Positions 26,535 through 38,770 of a stretch of DNA of 64,000 nucleotides are shown one piece after another; within the stretch, counting starts at the first letter, position 1; every line of letters starts with the position of its first letter. The position numbers and the translations under genes are program-made. The stretch is from the human T2T-CHM13v2.0 reference genome, Homo sapiens. The notes beneath the pieces were generated by a model. The model saw only the letters and a program-made list of their open reading frames with translations. It searched no databases and had not been told where the DNA came from. The stretch lies in assembly GCF_009914755.1 (NCBI RefSeq), contig NC_060928.1. The stretch is one strand, 5' to 3'.

Positions 26535-26697
26535 AGAGGCAGTACAATGCAGAGGTTAAGAGTATGCTTGGGTTTAAATCCCCACTTTGTTTCTTTAGAG
26601 CCTTGTGACTTTGGGCAAATTGCTGAGATAAGTCATACAAAGCACTTAGAACAGAAACTGTCACTGTGTAAATGCTCAATAAATAGTAGCTGTTATT
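26535..26697 (+). mobile_element. MIR (tail-to-tail with the next MIR)
   Basis: gaggttaagag...gtgactttgggcaa...aagcacttagaacag...gctcaataaatagtagctgttatt. Confidence 0.65.
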
Positions 26698-26830
26698 GTT
26701 ATTTATTGAGCTCTTGCTACACATCAAGTACTGTTCTAATTGAATTATCTTAATATGTCCATATAACAAACTCAATGAACCAAGTACTATTATTATTCCT
26801 AGCCACTATATGGATAAGAAGGACTAGGGC
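26698..26830 (-). mobile_element. MIR (tail-to-tail with the previous MIR)
   Basis: tatttattgagctcttgct...aagtactgttcta...gtactattattattcc...atggataagaaggactagg. Confidence 0.6.
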
Positions 26831-26983
26831 ATCTGCAATTGAGGTGGAATTCTAAGGAAAACACATTGCTTATACCCACCCATGAAGCTGACCACCATCT
26901 TCACCACGAGTAATATAGGAAGAAATTATAAACTTATAATGGCTTGGTTTTTAAATTGTTCTTCTTAAAAATGATGGAAACCA

Positions 26984-27277
<294 letters not shown>

Positions 27278-27825
27278 CTATCTTGAACACTGATATTTGA
27301 GGACATCTTTGTCACCTTCCATTCTGAAACATTTCACAAGATGAACAGATGCAGTGAGGTGTTGGCATGACATCAGATTACAGATTCTACTCAAATTCAA
27401 GTGGGGTTTCAAAGGGTCCTATCATCATTTCCTTGAGGAAACCCACCTTCAAGGGCATATTTGACTGCTTCATAAGTCTCATCAGCCCCATGATCTATGA
27501 ATCACAATGTAGTTCTAGACTAGTCTAGTCTTATTTGGTCTAGTTCCATGACTAGACAATATCCTTAATGATGAAGGATCAACACCACACCCAGACTTCA
27601 CCACCCATCCTTGTCCTAAGAATAAATAGCAAACACAAGCTGCTCAGTGGGTAAAGGTAGTTAAATGGAGGAACAATAGACAGGGACTCAAACAACTCAT
27701 TTGAGCTGTACATTACCACATTCTTAAAGGACTGAAGACAAATGGGAGGAAAGGAATTGGTAGCAAGAGTGTCCAGCACTGGCAAGAGAGAACAGAGAAC
27801 TAAGCTGTTATACATATGTATTGAC

Positions 27826-28011
27826 TCGTGGTGCTCAAACTGTTATGTGCATCAGCATTAACTAGAAAGCTCCCTAAAAAGGAATCCTCAGACCTTTCCC
27901 AGAGATTCTCATTTCATAGGTCTTAGGTAGAGACCCTGGATCTCCATTTTTCTCAAAAGTTCTAATGATTCTTATGCAGGACTTCTCTGGACCACACTGT
28001 GAGAAACACTG
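27826..28011. mobile_element. MER5-type hAT-Charlie DNA transposon
   Basis: gtggtgctcaaactg...catcagcattaactag...ggaccacactgtgagaaacactg with inverted termini. Confidence 0.7.
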
Positions 28012-29400
28012 CATTAATCTGCTCAAACACCCTCACCCATGTAAGGAACACATTCTCCCAGCTCTTCAAAACTAGCTGAGAGTCACACCTTTTACAAACT
28101 TGACATGGTTAAGAATAGACGGGGGTTCCTTCGGTTTCTCATACTTCTCTGGAAAGTTTTTTCTTCGAATAAAAGTAAGGCATTTTAAACAGATTGGGAA
28201 TAGACACAAGTTTCTATTCCATATTTAAAGGGTTTTGTTTGTTTGTTTTTATTCAGGTCATTCATTTCCTGCATTCATGACAACTTTCTCTCATCAATGA
28301 GCTTTAGATACCAACTTTAGTAGAGACAGAGGACTGTGAATGATCCCATACTTTTCTGCATCACTTCATAACCTAGCTCCCATCTTTGATCTGTCCCTGG
28401 AGAATCCGTCTTTCAGCTCCAAATGTAATCACTTAAGTGAAGGGCAGAACTGATGTGCAGCCATCTTAATAGCCAAGCTAAGTGAAGTAAATAGAATTGA
28501 TAGATACAAATGTTCAGAAGTGTGAAGCTGATTTAGATAAAGTAGATATTTCAGTTTGAGATCTAATAAAAAGCAAAACAGCAGCCACATGGAGCCCTTT
28601 CCCATTACTCCCTGGGTCTAATCTTTATCTAAATCAATACTATAAAAGTAACAAAAGACACAAAGTTGTCTGATGCATAATTCACTTATTATGAACTCAT
28701 GTAAGATGCAAATAATTGAAACAGGATTATTTATGTGATCATTAAACCCAAGGGTAATTTCAACAGATTTTTAGCCCTGGTTAATAAAAATCTTAGTTGT
28801 GGATACATATTTAGCCAGATTTCCTTCCAAATATCGTCTCCTCCAACAAATTATTCCTCATTACAGCTGACATGCTGTACTTCCTCACTGTAATAGAGTA
28901 TAAATAATTGTTTATCCTATTATTTTATTGCACCAAAGAAATATAAAATGTAAAAAGCAATATACAACAATCTCCTTGACAATTATTCATGCTTATATGC
29001 TGTAGTTTAATTACTAACAATTCTAACTACTCACTTGTTATTAACTTTGATTTTAAACACAAATATTTCAAATAAAAAACCTATGATAACCAAGTTAAAC
29101 TAGAATCGAATTATGAATACTAATTAAGTATATATTTTATTTGAAAAACACACAGGACACCGTTAGTAGAACCACACTGAAAAGAAAAATTATCCTCAAT
29201 GCAATGGAAATGTAACCCATTAAATAATACAAAGTGGCCTCAAAGAATTAAAGATTAGCTTGTATGGATAACTGAGAGCATGCTATGTTAAGTTTATTAT
29301 GAGCAGACTAAAACTCTCTTGAAGGGTCATCAAAACAAGCCAGTCAAGCCTGACCTGCTGGTTTGATAACTCAGGATGGCACCTCTCTGAACTACGGTAT

Positions 29401-30044
29401 TGTTTCACAGTTTTCTACTGCTGCATAGCACATCATCCCAAATTGAGTGACTTAGAACAACACAAATTTATTATTTCACAGTTTCTGTGGATAAGGAGTC
29501 TGGGTACAGGTTAGCAGAGTGCTCTATTCAGGCTTAAATCAAGATGTAGGCTCGGGCTGTGATCATATCTGAAGCTCTGTGTCCTAAGATCACAGTTTGT
29601 TGAAAGGATTCACTTCCTTGTAGTTTTATGACTGAGTTCCCCTGCTTTCTTGCTAGCTGTTGGACAGGGACCACTCTCATCTCCTAGACATTGCTCTTGG
29701 TGCCGTGTTCTGTCTGCAATGTGGTAGGTTGCTCTTTCAATGCTAGCAAGAAATGTCTTCCATGCTTCAAATTTCTCTGACCTCTTTTCAGGGCTTGGCC
29801 GATTAGGTCAGGCTCACTTGGGATTGCATCCCTTTGGATTAACTCAAAGTCAACTGATTAGGAACCTTAGTTACAGCTACAAAATCTTTTCACCCATATA
29901 GGGTACCAAAATTATGGTAGCAATATCCTATCATAGTAACAAATCCAATTCACACTTGAAGGAAAGGGATTATATAGGGTGTGTACATCAGGGTCATTTT
30001 AGGTGTGCAATCGTGAGGACTATTCTAGAATTCTGCCTACCACA
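29401..30044 (-). mobile_element. MLT1 (MLT1E-like) ERVL-MaLR solo LTR
   Basis: ttttctactgctgcatagcacatcatcccaaattgagtgacttagaacaacacaaatttatt...attctgcctaccaca. Confidence 0.8.
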
Positions 30045-30713
30045 ACAGGTTTCCACTGTAACTGCTGAGTGGCATGCTAGGTGTTCTGTGGTTGTAGGAG
30101 GCTGAAGGATATTTTTTTTTATCTCATGCATTTTTCAAACTATATCTGAGGGGAGGCTCAGCATAGAACTACTGGACATTTGGCCACTGAATGCACAGAA
30201 GCCAACAGAAAGATGTAAAGTCCTGGAGTGTAAGCTCTCTATTAACAAGTCATGGTAACAAGGAAAGGAGAATGGCCAGAAAATGCCAATGCAAAACTCT
30301 GGCTACCTAGTGTGGTTAGACTATATGTTGAATAGCTGGCTTCATCCACTGAAATATATAAGGCAGAAAGAACTATCTAGAAAAGGATAAAGAGTACCAT
30401 ATTTGGGACCTTAACACTGTAGCTTGGGGCTCCATTTCTTTTAGAGCAGATTCTTCTTGTATTTATAGTTTTATTTTTATTTTTCCTGCTTCCTGTTGCT
30501 CTGCTCTGGCTATGTTTCCACTACAGTTATGGCTGATCTTATGATCTATTCACTTCCTCAAGTTAGATGATAGTGAAATACTGCCTGGACACAAATCCTA
30601 ACTGGATACTTCACTGGCTACACAGCTTTGGGTAAATACCATCTTTCAGTCTCAGTTACATTACCTATACAACACAGATAGTAGTAACATCTCAGAGTTG
30701 TTAAGTTGAAATA

Positions 30714-31135
30714 CAGTTGACCCTTGAACGACATAGGTTAGAGCCCCACAGACCAACTTATACACAGACTTCTATCTCTGCCACCTCTGAGACAGCAAGA
30801 CCAACTTCTCTTCCTTCTCCCTCCTCAGCCTACTCAATGTGAAGATGACGAAGATGAAAGCCTTTATGATGATCTACTTCCACTTAATAAATGGTAAGCA
30901 TAGTCTCTCTTCTTTATGATTTTTTTAATTTTTTTTACTAGCTTGCTTTCTTGTAAGAATTCAGCATATAATACATATACAACGCATGTGTTAATCCACT
31001 GTTTGTAATAGATCAGGCTTCTGGTCAACAGTAGGCTATCAATACCTCAATTTTTGGACAGCTAAAAGTTATACACAGATTTTCAACTGTGGGGGGGCCA
31101 GTGCCCTTACCTCTGCATTATTTAAAGGTCAACTG
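30714..31135. mobile_element. Tigger2a-like TcMar DNA transposon, nested in a MIR
   Basis: TIRs ta|cagttgacccttgaac ... tttaaaggtcaactg; internal cagcctactcaatgtgaagatgacgaagatgaa; MIR sequence on both sides. Confidence 0.85.
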
Positions 31136-31399
31136 CCCTTAAAATACATCAAGCTCCCAGACAGTACCAAATCGACATTAAATAAATACTATTGTTATTG
31201 ACATAATTAGTACAAGGTGGGTGTTATGGTTATTTTGCTCCCAAGGTATACCCAGAATCTAGGGCCATGTCTGATTTATGGCATCCACTCAACACATGAC
31301 TGTCACAATTCTGTGAAGCCTCTCTTCCCTTCTGATCTACCCACTGTATACCTTGTTGTCAAAGTGAAAGGAACATGTAATTCCCCAGCTTCGATTTTC

Positions 31400-31900
31400 A
31401 GTGGTATTTTGCTGGTATATTTCATTTTGCAGAATGAAATCCGAAGTCATGGCAAGGCATTCAAAACCCCTACCAACTTTCCAAGGAACTATCCATCCTC
31501 ATTTCCTGACCGACTGTGTTCACACTCTGTGTTCAGGTCATGAGAAACTACTGCTGTAACCCAAATGCCAGGGTGATTCCTCCAACTGCTTCCTTTTCCT
31601 TCTGAGAAATTCTTACCCATCATTTAAGAATCAGCTTAAATCCTTCCACTTGGGTGGAGGCTTTCATGAGCCCATCTTCCAAAGACAAGATTAACCCCTT
31701 CTTCTTTCTGCTTTGTAACTATATTCAACTACTATCCTTTCAAGATTTATGAGCAGGTTGACATACTATGTCCTGTACAAAACTATGAATCCTGGGGAGG
31801 AAGGGCCATATCTGATTTATATTTCTCTCCTCAGTACTTATCCATGTGCCTGAAATATATTAGTTGATCAGTAAATGTTGCAGTAAATGAAGGAGGAATG
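31400..31900 (+). mobile_element. Degenerate L2
   Basis: cccatcatttaagaatcagcttaaat...gggaggaagggccatatctg...cagtaaatgttg. Confidence 0.5.
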
Positions 31901-33228
31901 GAAAGGAACAAAGAAAGAAAAAAATGAATGGCATGCTATCTGGAGGGTACAAGGAAGATTTAAGCCAAAAGCATAACCCTGCAACAAAAATCACCATGTC
32001 TAGAATTCAACCATTAAAGATTTAATTTTTCACATTAAGCATTTCAGGTGTCCTGAAAATAACTCAAATGGCAGAAAACTTTAATCATTAACACCATGAT
32101 ATAACAGATTTTCATTTGTCACCTTTGCGCATGAAAAGTGAGACCACTGGCAACCTGGGAACTTGAAGCTGGTTGGCACTAATGTGTGAAGGCTATGTTG
32201 AGAGTCAGTCTGATAGCAAGTACAGAAGCTTAACCAGCAAAATAGCTAGCTAGTTGAACTGGAAAATCCAGAGTTATTTTAAGACAATGCAGAACGTTCC
32301 AGGACAATCCAGCAAATCACCAATATGCTAAATGATGCTTCTTCCTCCTGTTTTATTTTCTATATTAACTGTTTACTGTATTGAACATTCAAATGCATTG
32401 TCTTGAAATAATTATGTACTTGCTACCACCCTACTGATTGATACAGGCTGCCAAATTATTAAACCAAGTTTACAGAAGTCAGCTTCTGTTCTGGGAATAA
32501 CTGGCTCGGGGTTTTATAATATATATTCCATTTCTTTAGGTACCCAAAAATGCCCAGCATGGTATTCTCAAAGGTAACATCAGTTTGTTCTTATGAGCTG
32601 CTCTGGCCTTCACATTTCTTAGGTGGCCATTCAGGAGATACTTACAAGACGATTTAGTGTTCTTGTGGGATATAAATGCTTGCCATTAGCAAAGGGAAAA
32701 CTTGGCAACTGGTATGGAGTATCAAGTATTTCAAATAGTTTTTACTATTGAGTTGGATTTTATCAAACTCTTAACTTACATGCCAACTATCCCCTTTTCA
32801 TATTTTAAATCCTTAATGATTTAACATAAAGTCCATCAGCACATTTTGATTGATGAACATAGAAATCATTTTTATTAACTAATATGAAGTTGTAAAAATA
32901 TGTTTACTATTCTGTGTCCAAAAACACCTTTAATAATTTCTCCATGGGTCTCCTTATTTTGAGAAAAAAAGGTAACAATTTATGGAGGAAATCAAATGAG
33001 CAAATATCTATTTAAATAAACTAAGGATTTTTCAAGGGGTTGTTAACGATAATGTTGACAACTTGGTAAATAAGCAAACACTAACTCCTATTATACATAT
33101 AAGGTGACAATGTGTGACTATAAAGAATAGAAAGTGTGCATATTTATCAAGAAATCATTGAGAAGCTATATTATGGTTATAATGGTGCTGGCCTTGCAGA
33201 AACATTTTGGAGATCCTCTTTTGAGAAC

Positions 33229-33573
33229 TGATATGGTTTGGCTGTGTCCCCACCCAAATCTCATCTTGAATTCCCACTTGTTGTGGGAGGGACCCGGTGG
33301 GAGGTAATTGAATCACAGGAGCAGGTCTTTCCCATGCTGTTCTCATGATAGTGAATAAGTCCCAGGAGATCTGATGTTTTTAAAAACAGGAGTCTTCCTG
33401 CACAAGCTCTCTAACTCTTGTCTGCTGCCATGTGAGGCGTGTCTTTCACCTTCCACCATGATTGTGAGGCCTCCCCAGCCATGTGGAGCTGTAAGTCCAA
33501 TAAACCTCTTTATTTTGTAAATTGCCCAGTCTTGGGTATGTCTTTACCAGCAGTGTGAAAACAGACTAATACA
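33229..33573 (+). mobile_element. THE1 (THE1B-like) solo LTR
   Basis: tgatatggtttggctgtgtccccacccaaatctcatcttgaattccc ... aataaacc ... aaacagactaataca; 5-bp TSD agaac/ggaac. Confidence 0.95.
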
Positions 33574-35354
33574 GGAACTGTCTTTAAATCCGATTTATAA
33601 ATCATCCTGCCCTGCCTGCTCTAGCTGACACCTGGCTGCCCTCAGACTCAAACTTTCCAAACCTCTTCAAATCACATTTTGATGATCACTGATTTACTTC
33701 TTGTAAACAGCTTTACCAAAGAGGGAGACATTTTAAAAAAGACAGGTAAAATGACACGCAAGTAACTTAGCTATTCTCATTAGCTCATGTAAAGGTTTGC
33801 TAGGGAAAAAGATTGAAATTAATGGTTAGAATAAGCCTTTTGTGTTATCATTAAATTTCAATTATGTACAATCCTTGCTTACATTACCTGGAATAATTGG
33901 AAGTTCACAGCATCATTGTGAGTCAAAGCAATCCTAATAATCAATTTCTTGCTACTCAAGGTAGAAAGAGCCTCTATAATTCTACTCTATTTGGAAAAGG
34001 TATCATAGATTCACTATTCACTTAAGCCACTGACTTTGAATGTTTGAAATGGGATTTTGAAAAGGTCATTTTTCTATATATTTTATCAGTTATTTGCTTT
34101 TATATTTTTTGAGAGTTATGCATTGTGTATATAAGTACTGTGCCACTATTGTACCACCAAATAGTGGAAGCGAAAACGACACACTACTCGTGTTTTTTTC
34201 TTTCTAAAATCCTGGGTTTTTTTGCAGTGCTTTTTGATATGTGTCTTATTAACTGCAAGTTTATACATGAACTTAGGATTCATTTGTTAAAGAGCCTGAG
34301 CATGAAGAGAAGCTTATTTTTCTCTTCATGAGTGTAATCCTGCAGTTTTACAAGGTTAGTAAAAACCCTCTTGGGTTTTTATTTTTCCTGGACATTAGAA
34401 ACATGAAGAGTCTTTCAATGAGAAATTATTTGAAAGGGAATTATATTTAGGCCATAAACAAGCTGTGAAAAAAACTCAACATAATCCCTCCTGTTAAAAA
34501 GGTTGAACTCCAGAATTTTACTAAATTGATAATGGTTGTACACACCTGTGAAGAATGAGGAACAACTCTAAGCAGATGACCTATCACGACAATTTAAAGA
34601 GAGAACTTATGAAATAAGTTGGAGAAAAATGCGCTAAAATACATTCAACGAGGCGCGAATTCTAGCCTGGCACTTAGGGCCTGCTCTATCCACAGGCAAA
34701 GGAAAATGGAAAAGATAAATCTAAAGGGAGCCAAGACCTGTCTGCTTCCCAAGGTCTACCAGGCATGGCTTGATCATGCTGGCTTTGCTTACAGCTTTGA
34801 TCATTTGGTTGCAATTGACAGGTACTTGGACAAATCATGTCTGCAGTCAGAATGGACTTAAGGAATAACAAATCAACAGACACATGCTATACACAGAGTG
34901 AACCTTGCCTTCAGCCTTGCTGTGAACTTATGCTGCAGTTCTTATAACTAGTTTTCCCCTTATGTCTAAATCCATAGTTTATTCCTAGTACCTGCCTCTC
35001 AATTACCCAGAATCTTTTCCTAGAAACTCTTCTAATGCTACCACCACTCTGCAGCTCTGGAGGCTGCCTTCTCCTGGACATTCCACTGTTATGTCTAGGC
35101 CCATCATATCTTGCTGAATTCCTCAGAAATTTGAATCACCTAGTAGCCTGATAAATATCTATGCACACTGGATAGTCCTCCCCTTGTGAAGGTAAACTTC
35201 TTTCTACCCATGGTCAAGACCATCCAGTATATTCTCCTGGCCACCCTACACAGATGCACACAAGACACACACACAGATCCAAACAGACATCAGTCAAAAA
35301 CTTTTCCACAACAATCAGCTCACTTCCACAAAAACAGAATCCTTTAGGGTGTGT

Positions 35355-35615
35355 TTTTGTTTTACAAAACTGGTCGTGTCCCACTAATGGATAGCAAAAT
35401 CAACTTGATGAGTTCATGATTAGCAGTATGGAATAGAAAAGAAAAAGAAAAAAGAATAGGATAGAACTGGTGAGTGTTTTGCAAATAGAAAAGGCATTAT
35501 TTTGTGAAATCCTTTTCAGTTATATTTATTTGTGTTTTTCTATATGTTCCTGGTTATGATAAAAAATGCACTTCTTACTGTAGTTCATCATCAGGAAAGT
35601 TTTCTAAACCATGTA
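35355..35615. mobile_element. hAT-Charlie (Charlie4-like) fragment
   Basis: gtcgtgtcccactaatgg...attttgtgaaatccttttcagttatat...cacttcttactgtagttc...aaagtttt. Confidence 0.45.
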
Positions 35616-36241
35616 TTAGAGCATTTGGAGAGAAAAGCATCATTTCTACAGTTAACCTTATTGAAATTGTAAATTTGTGATCTGAAACAGATTACACATT
35701 AAACCAGTACTTCATTACAGACACAACAACAAACACAATTTCATCTGATAAGCAAGTTATCTTCAAGGAAGCAGATAAGCAGAGTTTGGAGGGAACAGGC
35801 ATCTAAATAATTACATTTTGATGGCACAATGAGGAAATAATCTCTGTGATTGAATGGTTTACCAATTTAGGTGCTCTGGCCTGAAGGTGCCTGGCTAAGC
35901 AGGGGCTAGCATACTCGGGCACTGGGAAACTTGAAAGAGTGAGTCAAGGAAACTATAGAGAAGGGCTTGGCATAGGTGAGCTCCAAGTGTATAATCATTC
36001 TATTGCTAACAAATTGTGTTGGGTAGAACTGGTTAAGAACAATGATGGTGAGATCTTATATGTGTTTATGTGTTAGCATTTTTTAAAGGATTTTTCTACC
36101 TACTATATTGTTTTAGTGAGGCATCTTAGATGCAAAATGTAAGGTGATGCTCATTCTCAGGATTTGCAATTACCCTGTGAGCTTTGCTTGCCTGGCCCCA
36201 GTCTAGGTCCTGTACATGAGATATGACAGTATTGATTCCTA

Positions 36242-36536
<295 letters not shown>

Positions 36537-36796
36537 GAGGAAAGTTAGTCCTACAGAATTTTAGCTGAAAGGTCATGAATTGTGGTAAATCTGAGTTTAA
36601 ACCTTTGGCCTCCTGAGTTCTGGAAAAAATGCATTTTTTAATCTACTTCAAAAGACCTCAGTAAGAACTTATTCTGCATACATTTGCAAAGTAATGAACT
36701 GGCAAGATAAAGAGCCATACTATGGTTATTTGTTATGAAATGTTTGTTCAGAATGAAAGAATGGCAAAATGCAGCCAGCAAGGTTTCAGCCTTGAA

Positions 36797-36995
36797 TCCT
36801 GCATTTAGTTTGAGGCACTTCCATTCCAGAAAGACAAAGACAAATTAAAAACCATTTAGAGAATGATAAAAAGATGAGTAGGGAAAAGAAAGGTTTGATT
36901 TATGAGGCTAGATTAAAGGAGATAAATGCCTATTATGTGGCTAAGTGACAACCAGGGAAGATAAGAATCTACAGATATTGGGAAGATGTAAATAT
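36797..36995 (+). mobile_element. CR1/L3 LINE remnant (ORF2 C-terminal region)
   Basis: Conceptual translation SCI*FEALPFQKDKDKLKPFRE**KMSREKKGLIYEARLKEINAYYVAK* resembles the CR1 motif [40 protein letters not shown]. Confidence 0.65.
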
Positions 36996-37124
36996 AGGTA
37001 ATAGAGAAGACATCTAAGTGTTCTACAAGATAGAACTAGTAAGAAAAACGGAATAAAATATTAAATGGGTAGACAATACGAAGAAGGCTTTTGGCAAAAG
37101 GATTAAGTGGGTAGCAATACAACA

Positions 37125-37820
37125 TGGAAGATGGAGGGGTAGGAGGAGGAAGAGGGAGAAGAAGGGAGAATAAAAGAACAGGAGTATGAGGAAGAAGAAA
37201 ATGAAGGAAGAAACAAGGAAGGAGGAAGGGAAGGAAGAATGTGAAGAGAGAGAAGGAAGGAGAGAAGGAAGGCAGGAGGGAGGCAGTGGGAGAAGTGGGG
37301 AAGGAGGGAAGGAAGGAAAGAAGGGAGGGAGGGAGAGAGGAAGGAAGGAGGGAGGCAGTGGGAGAAGTGGGGAAGGAGGGAAGGAAGGAAAGAAGGGAGG
37401 GAGGGAGAGAGGAAGGAAGGAGGGAGGGAGAAGAGGAGGGAAGGAGAAAAAGAAGAAGGGAAGGAAGGAAAGGAAGGAAGGAGAAAGGAAAAAGCAAGGA
37501 AGGAAGAAAGGAAGGAGGGAGGAAGGGACAGAGGGAAGGAAGGAAGGAAAAAGGTGGGAAGGAGGGAGGGAGGGAGAGAGAAAAGGAGGGAAAGAGAAAT
37601 GGAGGAAGGGAAGGAAGAGAAGGAAAAAAGGAAGGAAGGAGGGAGGGAGGGACAGAGGCAGGGGAGGAAGGAAGGAAGAAAGGAAGGAAAGGAGGGAGGG
37701 AGGAAGAAAAGGAGGGAAGGAGAAAAAGAGGAAGGGAAGGAAGAAAGGAAGAAGGAAGGAAGGAGGGAGGGAGGGACAGAAGGAAGGAAGGAAGGAAGGA
37801 AGGAAGGAAGGAAGGAAATG
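37125..37820. repeat. Purine-rich low-complexity tract (GGAA/GGGA) with an internal 72-bp tandem duplication and a terminal (GGAA)9
   Basis: Almost no pyrimidines on the plus strand; ggcagtgggagaagtgggg recurs with period 72. Confidence 0.95.
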
Positions 37821-38770
37821 AGGGACTATGTTTTGTCCCACTGTATTTAACAGAAAATATAAGAAATAGATTTCTGGCAGTTCTAAGGCAGAATGAACAT
37901 CTTTCCAGAAACCTGAGCCAGCTGAGGAGATGGTATCAACAACCAACCTCAGGGGAGGAGGCCACAACTAAATCAGAAGGAGACAGTAATGAGGAGCTGA
38001 AGTGGGCTTGCAAAGCCATTACTCCTATTAAGTCCAGGGCTTGTGCACAGGCTACCTGCCAACTTTTGGCTAGCCTATAACACATAACAGCTACTGTAAT
38101 TGAAACTGAATTATAATACCATCCTGGCACACATTCTCCCCTAAAAATACAACACATAATAATGCTGTTAAAATAAGGACATCTGGAAAACAACCTAGAG
38201 TCCCATTGTTTGTAGCTGGCACCGGCCTTCTAAAGGAGTCCTTCCTGCTTCGTTCTTCTACTGTATAAATGGTGACATGGTGAAAAGGGACACTTCATTT
38301 AAGTGAATCCGAAGTTTAATGTTTGTTGAGAAGCAACTAGATGCCAAACACTATACCACTCCTGTTTTTGTTAAATAACCATCTATGTGATTCAGATTCA
38401 TATCCCTGTCACAAGATTAAAAATCTGGTGTCAAAGAAGTTAAGTAATACATTCTAAATCACTTAAAAGATAAGAGAAATAACCAGAAATAGAATTCTAG
38501 ACTGCTTGTCCTTGTCCTCAAAATATTTCCATTATATCTAACAGCAATTTGCCCAAGGCATAACATTTAGTAAATGTTCAATTAATATGTGCATAATTGA
38601 TAATTGTGCAGAATTGAATTAAAGGGAATTGATGGTATAACTGAAATCTAAAAAGAATCCCTAATGACTTCTGGTGATGAATTGATGAAGTGTTGCCAAA
38701 TTTTCATCAAATGTTGAAGTATGTATGAGTCAATTATGGCCACACTGAAAAATGGCATCTCTTTTGTAAG

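Noticed and set aside
27515-27560. 14-bp palindrome ctagactagtctag with nearby CTAG repeats
   Set aside because: Short, likely chance or local slippage; no supporting context.
33880-33910. Possible recursive splice sites (AG|GT) on the minus strand here and at ~5325 and ~52015
   Set aside because: Polypyrimidine tracts are weak or absent, or the site lies within an L1 fragment.
37023-38080. Long ORFs of 98-314 aa on both strands
   Set aside because: Artefacts of the stop-free GGAA/CCTT low-complexity tract; no protein-like content.
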